DNA of 64,000 nt from Callorhinchus milii (GCF_018977255.1 NW_024704743.1:75642001-75706000), one strand, 5' to 3'; shown: positions 12,215 through 25,163, counted from the first letter of the stretch. The notes: generated from the letters alone by a model not told the origin. Program-made: numbers and translations.

Positions 12215-12396
12215 CTATCTCTTGCTGTAACGGAGAGCAATGTCCTGTAGCTTTCTCAGCCTGCTCCTCTGATCCACAGGCTGCGTCCTGTCTGGGGCCT
12301 CTTCACGTTCCTCCATCAGATGAGGTAAGTATGACCTGACACAATAGGCGGGATGTTTGAAAACCCGAAGTAGCGTAGGAAGCAACGGTTGTAACC
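12215..12396 (-). CDS. PDE1C: PDE1C alternative terminal exon, long C-terminus
   Basis: Acceptor ttttcttcccttttccatag, phase 1. Translates (G)LQPLLPTLLRVFKHPAYCVRSYLPHLMEEREEAPDRTQPVDQRSRLRKLQDIALRYSKR*, aligning by eye with human long-isoform PPLRHFKRPAY...LDQRIKMKKIQNISHNWNRK*. Confidence 0.87.
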
Positions 12397-13782
12397 CTAT
12401 GGAAAAGGGAAGAAAAGTAGCAACAGAATTCTGAAAGTGATGGAACTATTCATGTGACTGTAATCGTAATTAATGACAAGCTACAGTTTCAGTGTTCCCT
12501 CAATAAAATCATTGCCACTAAACTAAGATCCACTGAAGAGTACTGATCAGTGTTGCCAACAATTGGCTGAAATCTGGTATCCATGTATTATTTATTACAT
12601 CGAATCGAGGGGAGGGGTTTCATATTACCCTTCCCTCCCTCAACCCCATTCTGAAGGCAATGGTGAGAAAGACCAGCCCATAGTGTCACACTTCTAGTTT
12701 ATGGATCGGCAAGATTCTGAAAGTAGATTCTGTCGTTTAAGAGGGCTTTTGCACAGAATTACATAGAATGCAGAAAGAAATCACTCAATCCAACTTGTCC
12801 ATCCCTGTGTTTATCCCGCAGATGAGACTCCACTTGTCCTATTCCTTTCCCCATACCTCTCTATTTTATTCTCCCTCATCTATATCTTAATTTTATTTAG
12901 TAAAGAATGAAATCCTGCGAGCCAGCAGTTAGTTAAATCTGTGAGCCGGAATTCCATTGCCTTGGGCCTGACACATGCGTAAAATAGTCACTTGGGCTGC
13001 AAATTGGTCATCCTTGTAACAAGTAATAATTTTGTTTACTTGTCTTTCTATTACATTATTAGCTGCAAGCAACTGTTAAATGCAATGTCTTCACCAAAAT
13101 ATTTTCTATCCTTGCAATGTGGACTCTATTGCTTAGGGATAATTACATATTTCTGAAATATGTAATGTGAGAATACTCAGTCTTACTCTGATCCCATTCT
13201 TATTAAAGTGTTTTCATTCACTCTCTGCTGGCTGTGACTGACACAGTTCTGAAGCTGTATTCTCTTCAGAAAAATCATTGTGTTCCACTAGAAAATGTTC
13301 CCAAAATATTGAAATATAACAGAATTCTGCTGGAGTTAATGGTTAAATTGCCTGAATGTATCCAGCACATGGATCAGTTTAAATCTTTTGTACCATTCCT
13401 TTATGCCACATGTTCAAAGTGCCACATTTTGTGTGATGGTTTTTACTTCAATTGAGGTTGCATCTGTAAATGGCTCCTTTTAGTTTTAACCTTTACCTTT
13501 TTTCATCTATTAATCCTCGTTTACTGGGATTCAGATAACTGTTTTCCAGCATGGTAAATCCTGGCGGACAAGTATAGGTGCACATCGTGAAGGCAACAAA
13601 ATATATAAATCCTTGATTGGAGTATATAAGTGATCACATGTAAATGGATGCTCTATGGAAGCTCCTTTAATCTGTCAGACTCTATTCCATTAAGCCCATA
13701 CAAACTCAATGGATATTTAAATCTGATAGTAACACAGACTTTGCTGTACAATGCAGGTGTCATGAATCATTTATCCATCATG

Positions 13783-14185
13783 ATCTCAGTCTGGCTCACT
13801 TGTTAGAACTCTTGCCTCTAAGTCTATGGTTTCAAGATCCATGTTGGGACTTCAAACTTATATTGTCTAAGGCTGACACTCCAATAAAGTACTGGGGGTG
13901 TCTTGCATTGCTGGAGGTAGGTGATGTCTTTTGGATAAGACATAAACCAAACCTCTGTTCTGCCTGTTCAGATGATTGTTAAAGATACCATTTGAAAAGA
14001 GAAGGGAGTTTCTCCTGGGGACCTGGCCAACAATCCTCCAAATAAAATTGGTCATTCACTTCATGGCTGTTTGTGGGACATGGCTGTGCACAAATTGACT
14101 GCTGTGTTTGCCTACAAAATACAGTAACTCCTGTGAAGTGCTTTGAGATTTCCTCTCCCATAAAAGGCAAAATATCAAATACACA
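13783..14185 (+). mobile_element. Old DeuSINE-like SINE, near full length
   Basis: Decayed tRNA head, then ggctgacactcc...gtact...cctggccaaca...ctgtttgtgggaca...gtgaagtgctttgaga. Confidence 0.78.
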
Positions 14186-14468
14186 TTTATTTATACACAT
14201 GTAAGGAGCTGTAAAAGAGTTTAGGGAAAGAACAGAAAATAAAGGATAATCCATTTATAACCTATTTCACTAGTTTGAGTTTGGTTAAGATGTGGTCATT
14301 CAGTGAACCTGCAAGCTTGGTTGCTTACTATCATGCTCCCAGGAGCGTCTATAGCACACAGGAAGTGATGTGCAGCCATTATAATAATAATAATCCTTGT
14401 ATTTGATATAGCGCCTTATCACGTTGTTGAGACATCTCAAAGCGCTTGGAGGGTTATTGGCCTTGGAG

Positions 14469-14714
14469 GATATCACCAACAGGGAGCACGTACAGGTTGA
14501 AGAGGAGAGGACTGTGCCCTGAGGAACACCCCATGAGCCAGTGTGGGGGCTGGAGGAGAAGCTATTTGTGATGTCAAAGTGGAAAGCTGTTTTTAGAGGG
14601 GTTGGAACAGTGCTCGTTGACAGGGAGAGGTTGTTGAGGTCTGGGAGTAAAGGGGCGAGGAGGTGGAGCTAGAAGGTAAGGAGAGGGATAGGGATGTCGA
14701 GGGAGCAGGTGGTG
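14469..14714 (-). repeat. Near-identical direct duplicate of 16492-16738 (L2-derived)
   Basis: 246 vs 247 bp; by eye they differ only in the length of one G-run. Confidence 0.9.
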
Positions 14715-14769
14715 CACATGATACTGGCGATGAAAGAGCTAACTTATGGGGATAGCTTTACATACATTT

Positions 14770-15480
14770 TGTTTGTGTTCCTGGAGTTCAGAAGGTTGTG
14801 GGTGATCTAATCGAAGGGTTGAAATGATAAAGGGACTCAATAGGATAGTTATTTCCTCTGGTGACGGAATCTAGAACATGGGGGAACAATCTTAAAATTA
14901 GAGCTAGTCCAGTTAGGAGTGAAACCAGGAAGCGTTTTTTCACAAAAAAGAGGAATCCTGTAGCTCAGTGGTTAGAGCACTCCTGGGTTCGATTCCCAGC
15001 AGGGCAAAACCTTGGGCAAATTTCCTTACTCCACACACCTGATAATAATCCCTCAAGAAAAAAANTTATAAAATTGGTCACTTCAATCCATGACTGTTTG
15101 TGGGACACTGCTGTACGCAATTGGCTGCCGCGTTTTGCCCACAAATATACAGTAAATTCACTTAACAGTATATTTTGTGAAGTGCTTTGAGACATCTAGA
15201 AGATGTAAAAGGTGCTATACCAAATGCAAGGATCATTATTATTATTATAAATGGTTGTGGAAATCTAGAATTATCTGCCCCAAAATGCTATAAATGCTGG
15301 GCAAATCAATTTGAAATTTCAAGACTGAAGTCGATAGAGACAGTATTTGTTAGGTAAGGGTATGAAGGGATATGGAGGAAAGGTGAGCATATGCTTTTGA
15401 AGTACAGATCAGCCATGAGCTAATAGAATGATGGAAGAGGCTCGAAGTCTGAATGGCCTTCTCCTGTTCCTATGTTCCTG
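14770..15480 (+). mobile_element. CR1 3' fragment interrupted by a tRNA-SINE (~14952-15250)
   Basis: ESRTWGNNLKIRASPVRSETRKRFF before the SINE; CR1 resumes after it and ends in cctgttcctatgttcct. Confidence 0.85.
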
Positions 15481-15514
15481 TGTGTATAAACATTGGCACA
15501 GACATTGGGTTGAA

Positions 15515-16748
15515 TACAATATAATACAAAATTACATTTGTAAAGCACCTTTCACATTGGGAGGATGTCCCAAGGCACTGAACAGTCAGGGTTTAGGGAT
15601 TAGGATCTGAGCAGGAATGGGGTTGGGATCAGGAAGGGTGGAGGGCAGAGAGAGTAGGAAGGTGACTGAAGAGGAGGGTTTTAATGCGTGCCCAACGTAC
15701 AAAGGAATTTGGAGGAGGCAAGGGAGGGAGCGAGTCAAAGAGAATTTGGGATGGAGTTGCAGAGGGTGGGGGCAGAGAGGCTGAAGGCACAACCGCCAAT
15801 GATGGGCGAGCCAGGCGGGGGCCACTGAGCAGGCCAGAGCCTGCTGAGCGGAGGAAGCGGACAGATTGATAAGGTATTAGCAGTTCAAAAAAGTAGGAGG
15901 AGGCAAGACCATGGGGAGCATTGAAAGTGAGGACGAGGATTTTGAGCCAGTGGAGCTGGGCGAGGGTGGGTGTGATGGGTTCACGGAGCCTGGTGCAGGA
16001 GAGGACACAAGCTTCAGAGTTCTGGATGATCTTCAGCTTGTGAAGGGAAGAGCTGGGAAGGCCAACAAGCAGGGCATTGGCATAGTTGAGCCTGGATGTA
16101 ATGAAGGCATGTATGAGGGTTTCAGAGGCTTGAGGAGTGAAGCAGTGGCAGAGTCGGGCAATGTTGTAGGAAGGCAGAACAGGTCATGGTTCAGATGTGG
16201 GGGAGAAAGGACAGTTGAGGGTCGAACAAGACGCCAAGGCTCCTAACTGGCTCAGTGAAGTGGAGTGTGCATCCTTGGATGCTGATGCTGCCAGTGCCTG
16301 AGGTGCAGAGGCGCTGAGGGGAGCCAATCAGGAGAATCTCGGTCTTGCTAATGTTCAGCTCCAGGAAGTTAGCTCTCATCCAGGACTTGATGTCTGTCAG
16401 AACAGCAATGATCCTGGAGTCGAAGGTGGAGGCAGAGAGATAGAGTTGTGTGTCATCCACAAACATGTGGAAATTGACTCTGTCTGCGGATGATATCACC
16501 AACAGGGAGCACGTACAGGTTGAAGAGGAGAGGACTGTGCCCTGAGGAACACCCCATGAGCCAGTGTGGGGGCTGGAGGAGAAGCTATTTGTGATGTCAA
16601 AGTGGAAAGCTGTTTTTAGAGGGGGTTGGAACAGTGCTCGTTGACAGGGAGAGGTTGTTGAGGTCTGGGAGTAAAGGGGCGAGGAGGTGGAGCTAGAAGG
16701 TAAGGAGAGGGATAGGGATGTCGAGGGAGCAGGTGGTGGGCTTCATGC
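15515..16748 (-). mobile_element. Decayed L2 LINE
   Basis: [13 protein letters not shown]...DIKSWMRANFLELN...LGVLFDPQLSF on the - strand; L2 tail at ~15530-15585. Confidence 0.88.
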
Positions 16749-18220
16749 AGTGGGCTTGTTTCCATTTTGTATTTCTATATAATTTCTGTGTAACATCCTC
16801 AGCATTCACACTGAAATTCGGAAAAATTTCTAATTATATAAGGCCACCGGGCAAGTTTGGGTAGTAGGGAAATTGGGATGGAAGAATGCTCTAGAGTGTT
16901 TGCTCAAATATCTTTTGGGAACAAGTCGTATAAATGCAGAAATTTCCTCAAGAGATAGAGTTGATGGGATGTTTTTTGGAGAAAGCAGGCTTGTCAGCCA
17001 GAATGGCTTTACACATTTCATGCTTTCTTAGATTAGTTTGTTTGTTGTGTTATGCTGGATCACTAGTCTGGCTCATCAGCAGAGGCAGACCAGTCACAGG
17101 GGGCAAAGATTCTTCCCATTCAGCTCCGTTAAGCCAGAAAAGGAAGGAAGCTGACCAGACAATAGCAAGCTATGCAGTTTTAGCTGGTTAAACTCCAGCA
17201 ATACCTAACGCACACTCTGAAGTCCCCTCTTGCCAACTTGTGCTTACAGCTCTCCGGAATTAGGTGAACAGGTTGTGTCCCTCCGGAAAAGGCAACCTAC
17301 TCCAGTCCAAACACAGGAAGTTCAATGTATAAATTCCACATAGGTGCAACTCTCAGTCTGTTTGGGGTACGTTTAAACATGTGTTGTTTCTGCATGTGTG
17401 AGATGCCGGCTGATCCAAAAGAAACTGGTTTAAGTTTACCAATATTCTACCATGAGCAAACCCTTTAGGTACTGTGCTGCTGAGCAAAGCCACACCTAAT
17501 CAATGGATATTTGGTATTGTCTTTACAAACAAATATGCTTATGAATACATTTTCTTTCAGATCTGATTGAGAAAGTTTCCCAGCTTATGAAGAGACTTCT
17601 TTAAGTATTTGTCAAACCAAACAAACAATACTATTCCAGGCAGATTTTGTGTTTTTTTTCTTGATGTTTATTTTCACATTACACAATGCAGCAGTATGAC
17701 AAAGAAATTGCATATGCCAATGCAACTTTATTAAAAAGTGAAATAGAAAAAAATTCCAGAATTATGGAGACCTGAAATGACGACATAGCGAATAGAAATT
17801 AACATCTGGGTTTAATTATTTCACTGCATTTGCACTCAGTGAGCTGTTAAATAACTGAGAGTTTTCCCACACACGTTAATCATTGAGCATGACACACAAG
17901 TACACACAGCCAAGGAACAGGGTTCTCGTCAGTCTCAAAGTTTACTTCATGAGATATCCACAAGCGTTCTGCGAGGAATACAAAAGCTACCATTGCATAT
18001 CAGGCTGTGGATTCAGACAGAAAGAGAGAGAAAGAGAGAAAAAACAGAGGAAACAAGAAGTCACCATTCCTAGAGGTACAGCATTCAGTTGACCCTCAGT
18101 GTTTCAAGCATGCACACCATAAAGGCTCAACTGATATTTCATATGATCATCACCCATTGCAGGCAGCTGCCTTCTTAGAGACACGTACAACCACCTAGCC
18201 TTAGGCCTGTGAGAGCATTT

Positions 18221-18381
18221 TGTCTCAAAATTTATGATCATGCAGAATTTAGGAAAATCCTTAATTTTTAAAAATCCTTGAATTCTTAATTTGAAAGCGT
18301 ATGAATTGCAGAAAACTGGCACCCAAACTAAAATCGAGTTTAAGAATTTTCCACAATTCTGGGCGATCTTAAAGTTGAAAA
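18221..18381. mobile_element. Palindromic MITE-like element (same family as 371-847)
   Basis: Inverted arms caaaatttatgatcatgcagaatttaggaaaatcctta / taagaattttccacaattctgggcgatcttaaagttg. Confidence 0.5.
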
Positions 18382-21300
18382 TGGTCAGACAAGCTGAGGG
18401 AGGTCGAAATTCGGGCTGTGGTTCTTCACATCTGTATTTTTTTTAACTGGGTACTGAAGTCACATAAGCTGCCGTATAACAAATCAATCAGCTCTCTGTG
18501 CAATTCGAAAGGATTTTAACCTGTTTGTTCAGCACATCCCTGATTCTGGGCCCATCATGTACGGCTTGGGTGATAAAACTAATTAATTCAACATGTGTTG
18601 AATGAGGAACATAAGATATAATTACATAATGAGTCCATTACAATGGTATCAAAGTGTAGAATATACCCAGCATAGAATATTAATTGTATAAAAATAATTT
18701 ATTAAGTAAAAACCTAACTACTGAATTGTCGACTGCTGCACCCTTGTTATATTTACTGGAATAAGAACAGCTTGCTTTATAAGTAACAGCTCAAGTTGCT
18801 AGGACACAAAGTCCAGCTCAAACTTCTCTGAATGATGGAATATCAGCCTTACATCTTACTGCTGAATGAATTGCCACCTTGCACTGCTCTATAATTTTCA
18901 ATTAAAATTCAAATTGCAGTCTTATCCTAAAATAAGATGCATCTTGAATTCCCCTCCCTGGGGCATGGATTCCTATAATTGGATTGTATTCATTTACAAA
19001 CCCGTCAGTAAGTTTCATGCTCGCGTACAACATTCTCGGGTGATGGTTTTGTGTGTACCCATCAGACAATCTGTCAGCGCATCCTGCTTTTATGCAGTCA
19101 ATGCCAACGAGGTGGCTAGACAGTGACCCACTTATTAAACAACACATCTGCCAGGAGCATTGAAGATCCATGTGGAACGGGTCGTGATTTAAAACTGAGA
19201 TTTATATTTTTTAAAATTCCCGTTAAAATATTCATGCACAACAGCCGCACTCTGAAATATTCTCCCTTCTCACACTTTCTGCAGTGTTAATGCAGTACTT
19301 AAGGATTATGTAGTTTCCAGGCTTCTATCCTACCCACACCACTTAAAGCAAAAAACACTTGACGTTAAGCAGCACAAGTGTTACAGGCCATTTTCAACAC
19401 TTCTATACAGAGACGAAAGTGCTCTACTGTAACCATATGTTCAGAGGTGGACCTGACCAGCTCATCCCTGAACGTATTTATGCATCTTTCACAAAGTGAA
19501 TTGACACAAAAAACACTAATCCTCTTGTTCTTCTACACAACTATATTATGCATCTTATATTACATGTAAGAGCAGAGGCAGCACATACTATCAACAATTA
19601 CCAACATTGGAGAAATCGCACTTCTATCAATATATAAGAATTCGTGCTATAGATCCCTTTAAGTTCAGGAAGAGCAGTAAGGGCTGTATTATAATTGCTA
19701 TCTGCATAACTTCCTTACTTTCTTTGTTGTCTTGGTTTAAAGATTCCTGCTCGGGCTCCATCCTCCGATGTTTGACGCATGTAAATGAGTTCCAGGCTAT
19801 TCCCTTTAAGTCTGTAATTGGTGCATTAATCAGTGTCTGGGAAGCCCACTGGTTATGTTCAGTAAATTTAGATGCTTCCTCCACAGTCACAACTGTGTCG
19901 CAGTTCATTGATGCAATCCCATAACATAGCTGGGCTTTGGCATGACTTTAAAACAAGGATTTACTGCAATAGCTCCTTAAGTCTTATTCATGTTGTTCAT
20001 CCATCATCTCCCATACAGTGGATACAGTGAATATTAAAGCTTTCAGACAAATGGAATAAACAGGCATGTAACAAACTGAAACCCTATAAATTACAAATGA
20101 TAAATACACATAGAATTCCTCGTAATCGCTAATCTGTGTTCAGCTTCTGACACTGAGTTTGTTTTACACCCCCAGTTTAATTTTTAGTATGGTATTGCAT
20201 TTTAAGAGTTCAACAGCAGAATGATAATAGACAATCTATTAGGGGCAGAGGCCCCTTGCCTGCAGTGCATTTTCTGCACATTAATGATTACATTAGGTTT
20301 AAAGCTCAACAATTAGTGAAGGTTATGCAGGAGTACCGTAAACATATCACCTGGACATCACAAAGCCGATACACATGAACTAACAACAAGCTCCTCCTGC
20401 TCCACTACACAGAAGACTACATTGAGCAAACAATGTAGTGTAAGCTAGTAACTTTGCATTTATTATATAGAGCAGTGTAGTTAGTTATAACATACGGGAG
20501 TAAACATTGACAAGTTGTACATACAGTACACTACACATATTATAAGTGGATAAAACACTCTTGGCAAATGACAGAACAGGACAGTGGTATGATCGTCCCC
20601 CACCCCCCGCAAGGTGCTATTATATGTGATCGCAATGTATATGGGAGACAAATGTAAAAGCCTTGGTTCACTTCAACTGTAATTAAAGCACAAACTAGAA
20701 GTTATAAAGCGCTATTCTGTCGACTGATATTTCTGTATTTGTTCAAAAGGTGTCCATTAAACAGTGAGATAGTTCATATTGAGAGATTGGGTATTGATGT
20801 AATGTTCATTATAAAAGCCAAGTTAGTTTTCTGCTTGAAATATTTCTCCATCGAGGAGTGAAGATATATGCTTGAGCTACGAGTCAAAATATTTGAAAGA
20901 GCAAAGGGATTTGGACGTGTTCTGGTGCCAAAATCTGTCTAACAGAGATACAAAGGTTAGAACTTTCAATTTATAGAATAAAATTTGTGCCATTTCACAG
21001 TGGGCACTTCTGTGCTGATTATCACAAGATGTTACAACTTTACATGTTCCTGAAATAGATTTGCGCACACATCTGGACAGATAAACAATTTAGTCTGTTC
21101 TTCTCTTCTCAAGCTGCATTCCTTATAATTACTCTATTCTTTTGATGACACATTGTGTTGACTGCAAAATAAATTGTAATTATTGCTAGTGGCCAATGGT
21201 TGGTTTGAATGTATATGATTGCTTTAAATCCACTCTTCAGGAGCGCTACAAAGTATTGTTCACTAAACGTCAGAGAGAATCACGACTAAAAGCCAACCAC

Positions 21301-22413
21301 CAAGCTCTTCACTAAACAAATGGGGGTGGGGGTTGTATTTGATGGGTTGATCATCACATTATGCACGCATATCATTCCCCCCAACCCCCCCCCCCCCCAT
21401 ACATAGCACACTCGAAGTGAGGACATGCTAAAGTTCTGAGAAAATTTTATTAAACTTTAAACTTCCCAACACCCTGACTCCTGTCAGCCAATCTATGCCT
21501 AAACCTTCAGGGATTAGGTGAGTAGGGTGCGTCCCTGCTGGGAGAGAGTGAGCACACTCCATTTTTCAGACAAATGGAAATTTCCAAGCATACATGGAAC
21601 TCTCAAGTCATTTGATTTGGATACTCTTTAAGTGTGGTGATGGGTCCCTATTGTATCAGACCATACACTGATGAAAATAGAATAAAACTTTAAACTCTGT
21701 TTACACCAAAAAATCAGCAATACAGTGGAGCAGTGCTCATCTTTGTGAAGCCATAGTCATCACTGCTGCACGAAATTTGAAACAATATATTTAAAACTAT
21801 TGTTTTGTTTTTGATACCCATTACACATTGAGTTACAGTATGTTTTTGCTACCAAGTTATATACTGAGGTTGAAGAATTACTCCACTGGCAAACTTGCAG
21901 AGGGGGGAGGAGGTGTGTGGGGGAGAAGCATCATATCACCCAAGCATCAAAGTGTGCTAATGGCACCTAACGATCCTGCCTTTCCTGCAGGGACTCCTGT
22001 TTATGTCTTTCCAACCTGCAGGACCTTGGTTCTTGGCAAGGCACAAATTGTACCACAGTGTTTTTTGTCATTTAAGCACGTTTCAATGTTGTACTCATTG
22101 GGAATCTTATTCCAATGATTTATAATGAACCATCCGTATTTCATTACCATTAATTAAGACATCAATTGAAATGCAGTGCAGCGGCAGCTTAGGGCCATAT
22201 AATTGACAGAGAACCCTTCTTTGTAATGACAATTCATGTTTTGGTATCCTTGTGGCAACTGGGAAGAGTCTGAAATCTAAGGTCTAGTTTGTGTTCGTTT
22301 TAATTCATTCAGAAGATACAAAGTATAATTGCACAGGTGTTGGGAAAAGTATAACTATGAAAGGCTGTAGAATAGCTGGTGCACCAAATACCTGTGTAAG
22401 AATTCCAGTACAT

Positions 22414-22695
22414 AATAATAATAATAGTCCTTGCATTTGATATAGCGCTTTTCACGTTTTCCAGACGTCTCAAAGCGCTTCACAGAATAATAATAATAAT
22501 CCTTGCATTTGATATAGCGCTTTTCACGTCGGGAGGACGTCCCAAAGCGCTTCACAGAACACACCGTAAAGCTAATTGACTGTATATTTGTGGGCGAAAC
22601 GCGGCAGCCAATTGCGCACAGCAGTGTCCCACAAACAGTTGTAGATTGAAAATGACCAATTTATTATTGTTTTTGGTTTGGAGGGATTATTATTA
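22414..22695 (-). mobile_element. 5'-truncated SINE with two tandem tails
   Basis: Two consecutive ...aaaagcgctatatcaaatgcaagga(tta)n units whose loop sequences differ. Confidence 0.88.
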
Positions 22696-23675
22696 CATAT
22701 ATGGCTTGTCTAGTTTAGATTTGTTTCAGTTAATATTGTACACTGTGTTGCTGCAAGTATACCTGTTTGAAGTATACTCTGTTGCAGAGATAGTATGCCT
22801 GTTTGAAATGTTCATGCAGTTGTGTGGAACTCTCAGCTATTTGGGTTGGATGCTTTTAAGCATGGCAATGTGTGTTCGTTCATATGTTTCAGACATCCGG
22901 CTGACTAAGAAAAAAAGAGAAAAGAGAGTCCCATTTAAAGCTCATGTTGCTGAGGTCAGTAAACTTTCTAACCAGTGAAGTGTGTGATGTGCTTACCCAC
23001 TGATCTAACTTAATTTACCCATGGTGGAGAATCAGCCATATCTGTAACTATCCATCATTACTGAACTTGGAGGCTTCAAGATACTGGAGCCACAGCATGT
23101 AATTTATATTTTAAAAAAATGAATTGTAAATGTGTAACATAATCATACAATTTTTACTGGAATAATACAAATCATGTTAAAAGCCTCCCAATTAAATTTG
23201 ACACTGCGAGACAGAAACAGTAGAAGGCTCAGAGGGGTGTTTGTGAGAGGGGAGTGGCGATACTTTTAGTGAGATCACGCAAACTACATTTCCGGACAGC
23301 TCTCAGTAGAATTACTGTTAACAAAAATGGCAAATTGAAGCCCAAACAGTTTACAGAGACTGGATGCAGTGGTGATGGGCAAGTGTTGCTGTTGGATTAA
23401 CAAAGATCTTCAATTGACAGAATAACGTTATACCACACAGCTGCAAATGAATAATACTTGACAGGTCTGGGGGAAACAAGCTCTAAACCATAAAAGTGCT
23501 TCTCGAATTTATCTTTACTTCCACTACTTGTGTTTACTTCCACCCATGCGCTATAATATCAATAGTTCCTTGAACAAATGCTTATAACCCTTCATTACAA
23601 TATCCACTTGCCAGGTTCAAATCCCATGGTTAGGATTTACTACAAGAGTTGTTTCTGTACTGTAAAGTAGGAGGC

Positions 23676-23842
23676 CTGGGGTTCACATCTGTATTGCAAA
23701 TATGGGGCCCACATTTGTACTGTATGAGGTGTGGGCCCCACATCTGTACTGCAGGTGGCACTGCACCCTCATCCATACTGTGGAAGGTTTGGGGCCCACA
23801 TCTGTACTGTTGGAGTTGTGGGGCCCACATCTGTATTGTAAA
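23676..23842. repeat. Degenerate ~30-bp minisatellite
   Basis: Five to six units with the core ggggcccacatctgtactg. Confidence 0.8.
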
Positions 23843-24359
23843 CACAAGAACCGGGGATTCCTTCAGCTTCTCAACCTGTACAAAAAAAAGTTTTTTTGAA
23901 TAACAATCAGAAGACCAACAAAAACAATACAGATTCATAGGAAGAAATTCCACTTTTTTACTCCATTTGTGTAGCATTTTACAGAACCCAGAATTTGACA
24001 AACTACTGAATTCAGTATTATCTTTGAAGCTGTTTTCGTCGTTCTTAATAATAATAACAATAATATAATCCTTGCATTTGATATGTGCGTGAAACTTAAA
24101 AAGAAACTTACAGAAAAACAGCTTAATTATAAAATCTGGTAAATTTTGGATTCTCCAAAATGCTGAGATAATGGAGTACGTCTGGACCACGGTGGAATTT
24201 TATCCCCCCTCAGTGCCTAGAGTTTTTTAGTCCTTTGTAAACTGGACAAATGGCTGCAAGTGGAGAATGCTTGAAACACTGTTCAAGTCTCTCCCTGTGG
24301 GCTGATCCTTGGGGCGGGGGGTGGGGGGGGAATGAAGAAGCTCGGCTAGGGCGATGGGA

Positions 24360-24391
24360 TTAGTTGCCAGGACTCTGTTCTTCTTCTGGCC
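24360..24391 (-). CDS. PDE1C: PDE1C alternative terminal exon, short C-terminus
   Basis: Strong acceptor (poly-T run followed by gcag), phase 1. Translates (G)PEEEQSPGN*. Positionally analogous to the short acidic tail of mammalian short PDE1C isoforms. Confidence 0.68.
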
Positions 24392-24749
24392 CTGCAAAAA
24401 AAAGAAACAAAATGTTCATCAGAGTTTTATTCAAGGCCATGTGTGGGGGAGCTGAAAGAGAACAAAATTTATCACTATATTTCTCAGCAGCTTAGGATCT
24501 GTACACATGGCAGAAGCAGCACTGATTGAAATGGGTTCTATCCAATCCATCTTAAGTCCTGAATGAATTCACCACGCGAGTTGATACAGCAATGAAAATA
24601 AGTTTTTTGATGAAGAAGCTAAGATTATAACAATAGTGTTCCTTTAGACAGGGCTGTGGCCTCCAGAATATTTTTAATGTTGTTTTCTAACCAGATGTTT
24701 TGATGATGGAATAAGGCACTATATTAAATAGAATTTCATATATATATAT

Positions 24750-25163
24750 ACAACAACAAGATTCCATTCATAGAGCGCCTTTTACGTCGGGAGGACGTCT
24801 CAAGGCGCTGGACAGTTGGGTCAGGACCCGAGCAGGGGGGAAATGGTCAGGGTGAGGGGAGGGAAGGGAGGGAGCGAGGAGGGGGTAGAGAGTCGAGAGG
24901 GGAGCTGAAGGCATGGTCAAAGAGAAAAGTCTTGAGACTGAAAGGGAGGAAGCGAGGCAAAGGCACTGGGGGATAGAGTTCCAGAGCCTCGGGGCTGAGA
25001 GGCTGAAGGCCCGGCCACCGATGGTAGGGCGGTTGGGGCGGGGGATGTGGAGCAGACCGGAGCCAGAGGAACGGAGTGTACGGGCAGGTAGGTAGGGGGA
25101 TAGTAGGTCGGAGAGGTAGGAGGAGCGAGGCCGTGAATAGCCTTGTAGGTGAGGATGAGGATC
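24750..25163 (-). mobile_element. L2 LINE 3' end (young family)
   Basis: ILILTYKAIHGLAP and the same 3' UTR and (GTT)n tail as 1505-3782. Confidence 0.92.

Noticed and set aside
15065..15065. Single N bases here and at 47899
   Set aside because: They are ambiguity calls next to A homopolymers, a technical artefact.
17200..17300. Possible equivalent of the small mammalian PDE1C exon preceding the long terminal exon
   Set aside because: The AG/GT pairs I tested gave in-frame stops or the wrong phase.
19607..19924. Overlapping ORFs on both strands (105 and 93 aa)
   Set aside because: No recognisable homology or convincing splice context; probably chance ORFs in UTR or intron.
23676..23842. 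Repeat-spacer pattern resembling a CRISPR array
   Set aside because: Eukaryotic context, degenerate repeats, ~10-nt related linkers and no cas genes; it is a minisatellite.
23630..24190. 186-aa ORF on the - strand
   Set aside because: It is kept open by the minisatellite and a SINE tail fragment and has no protein-like features.
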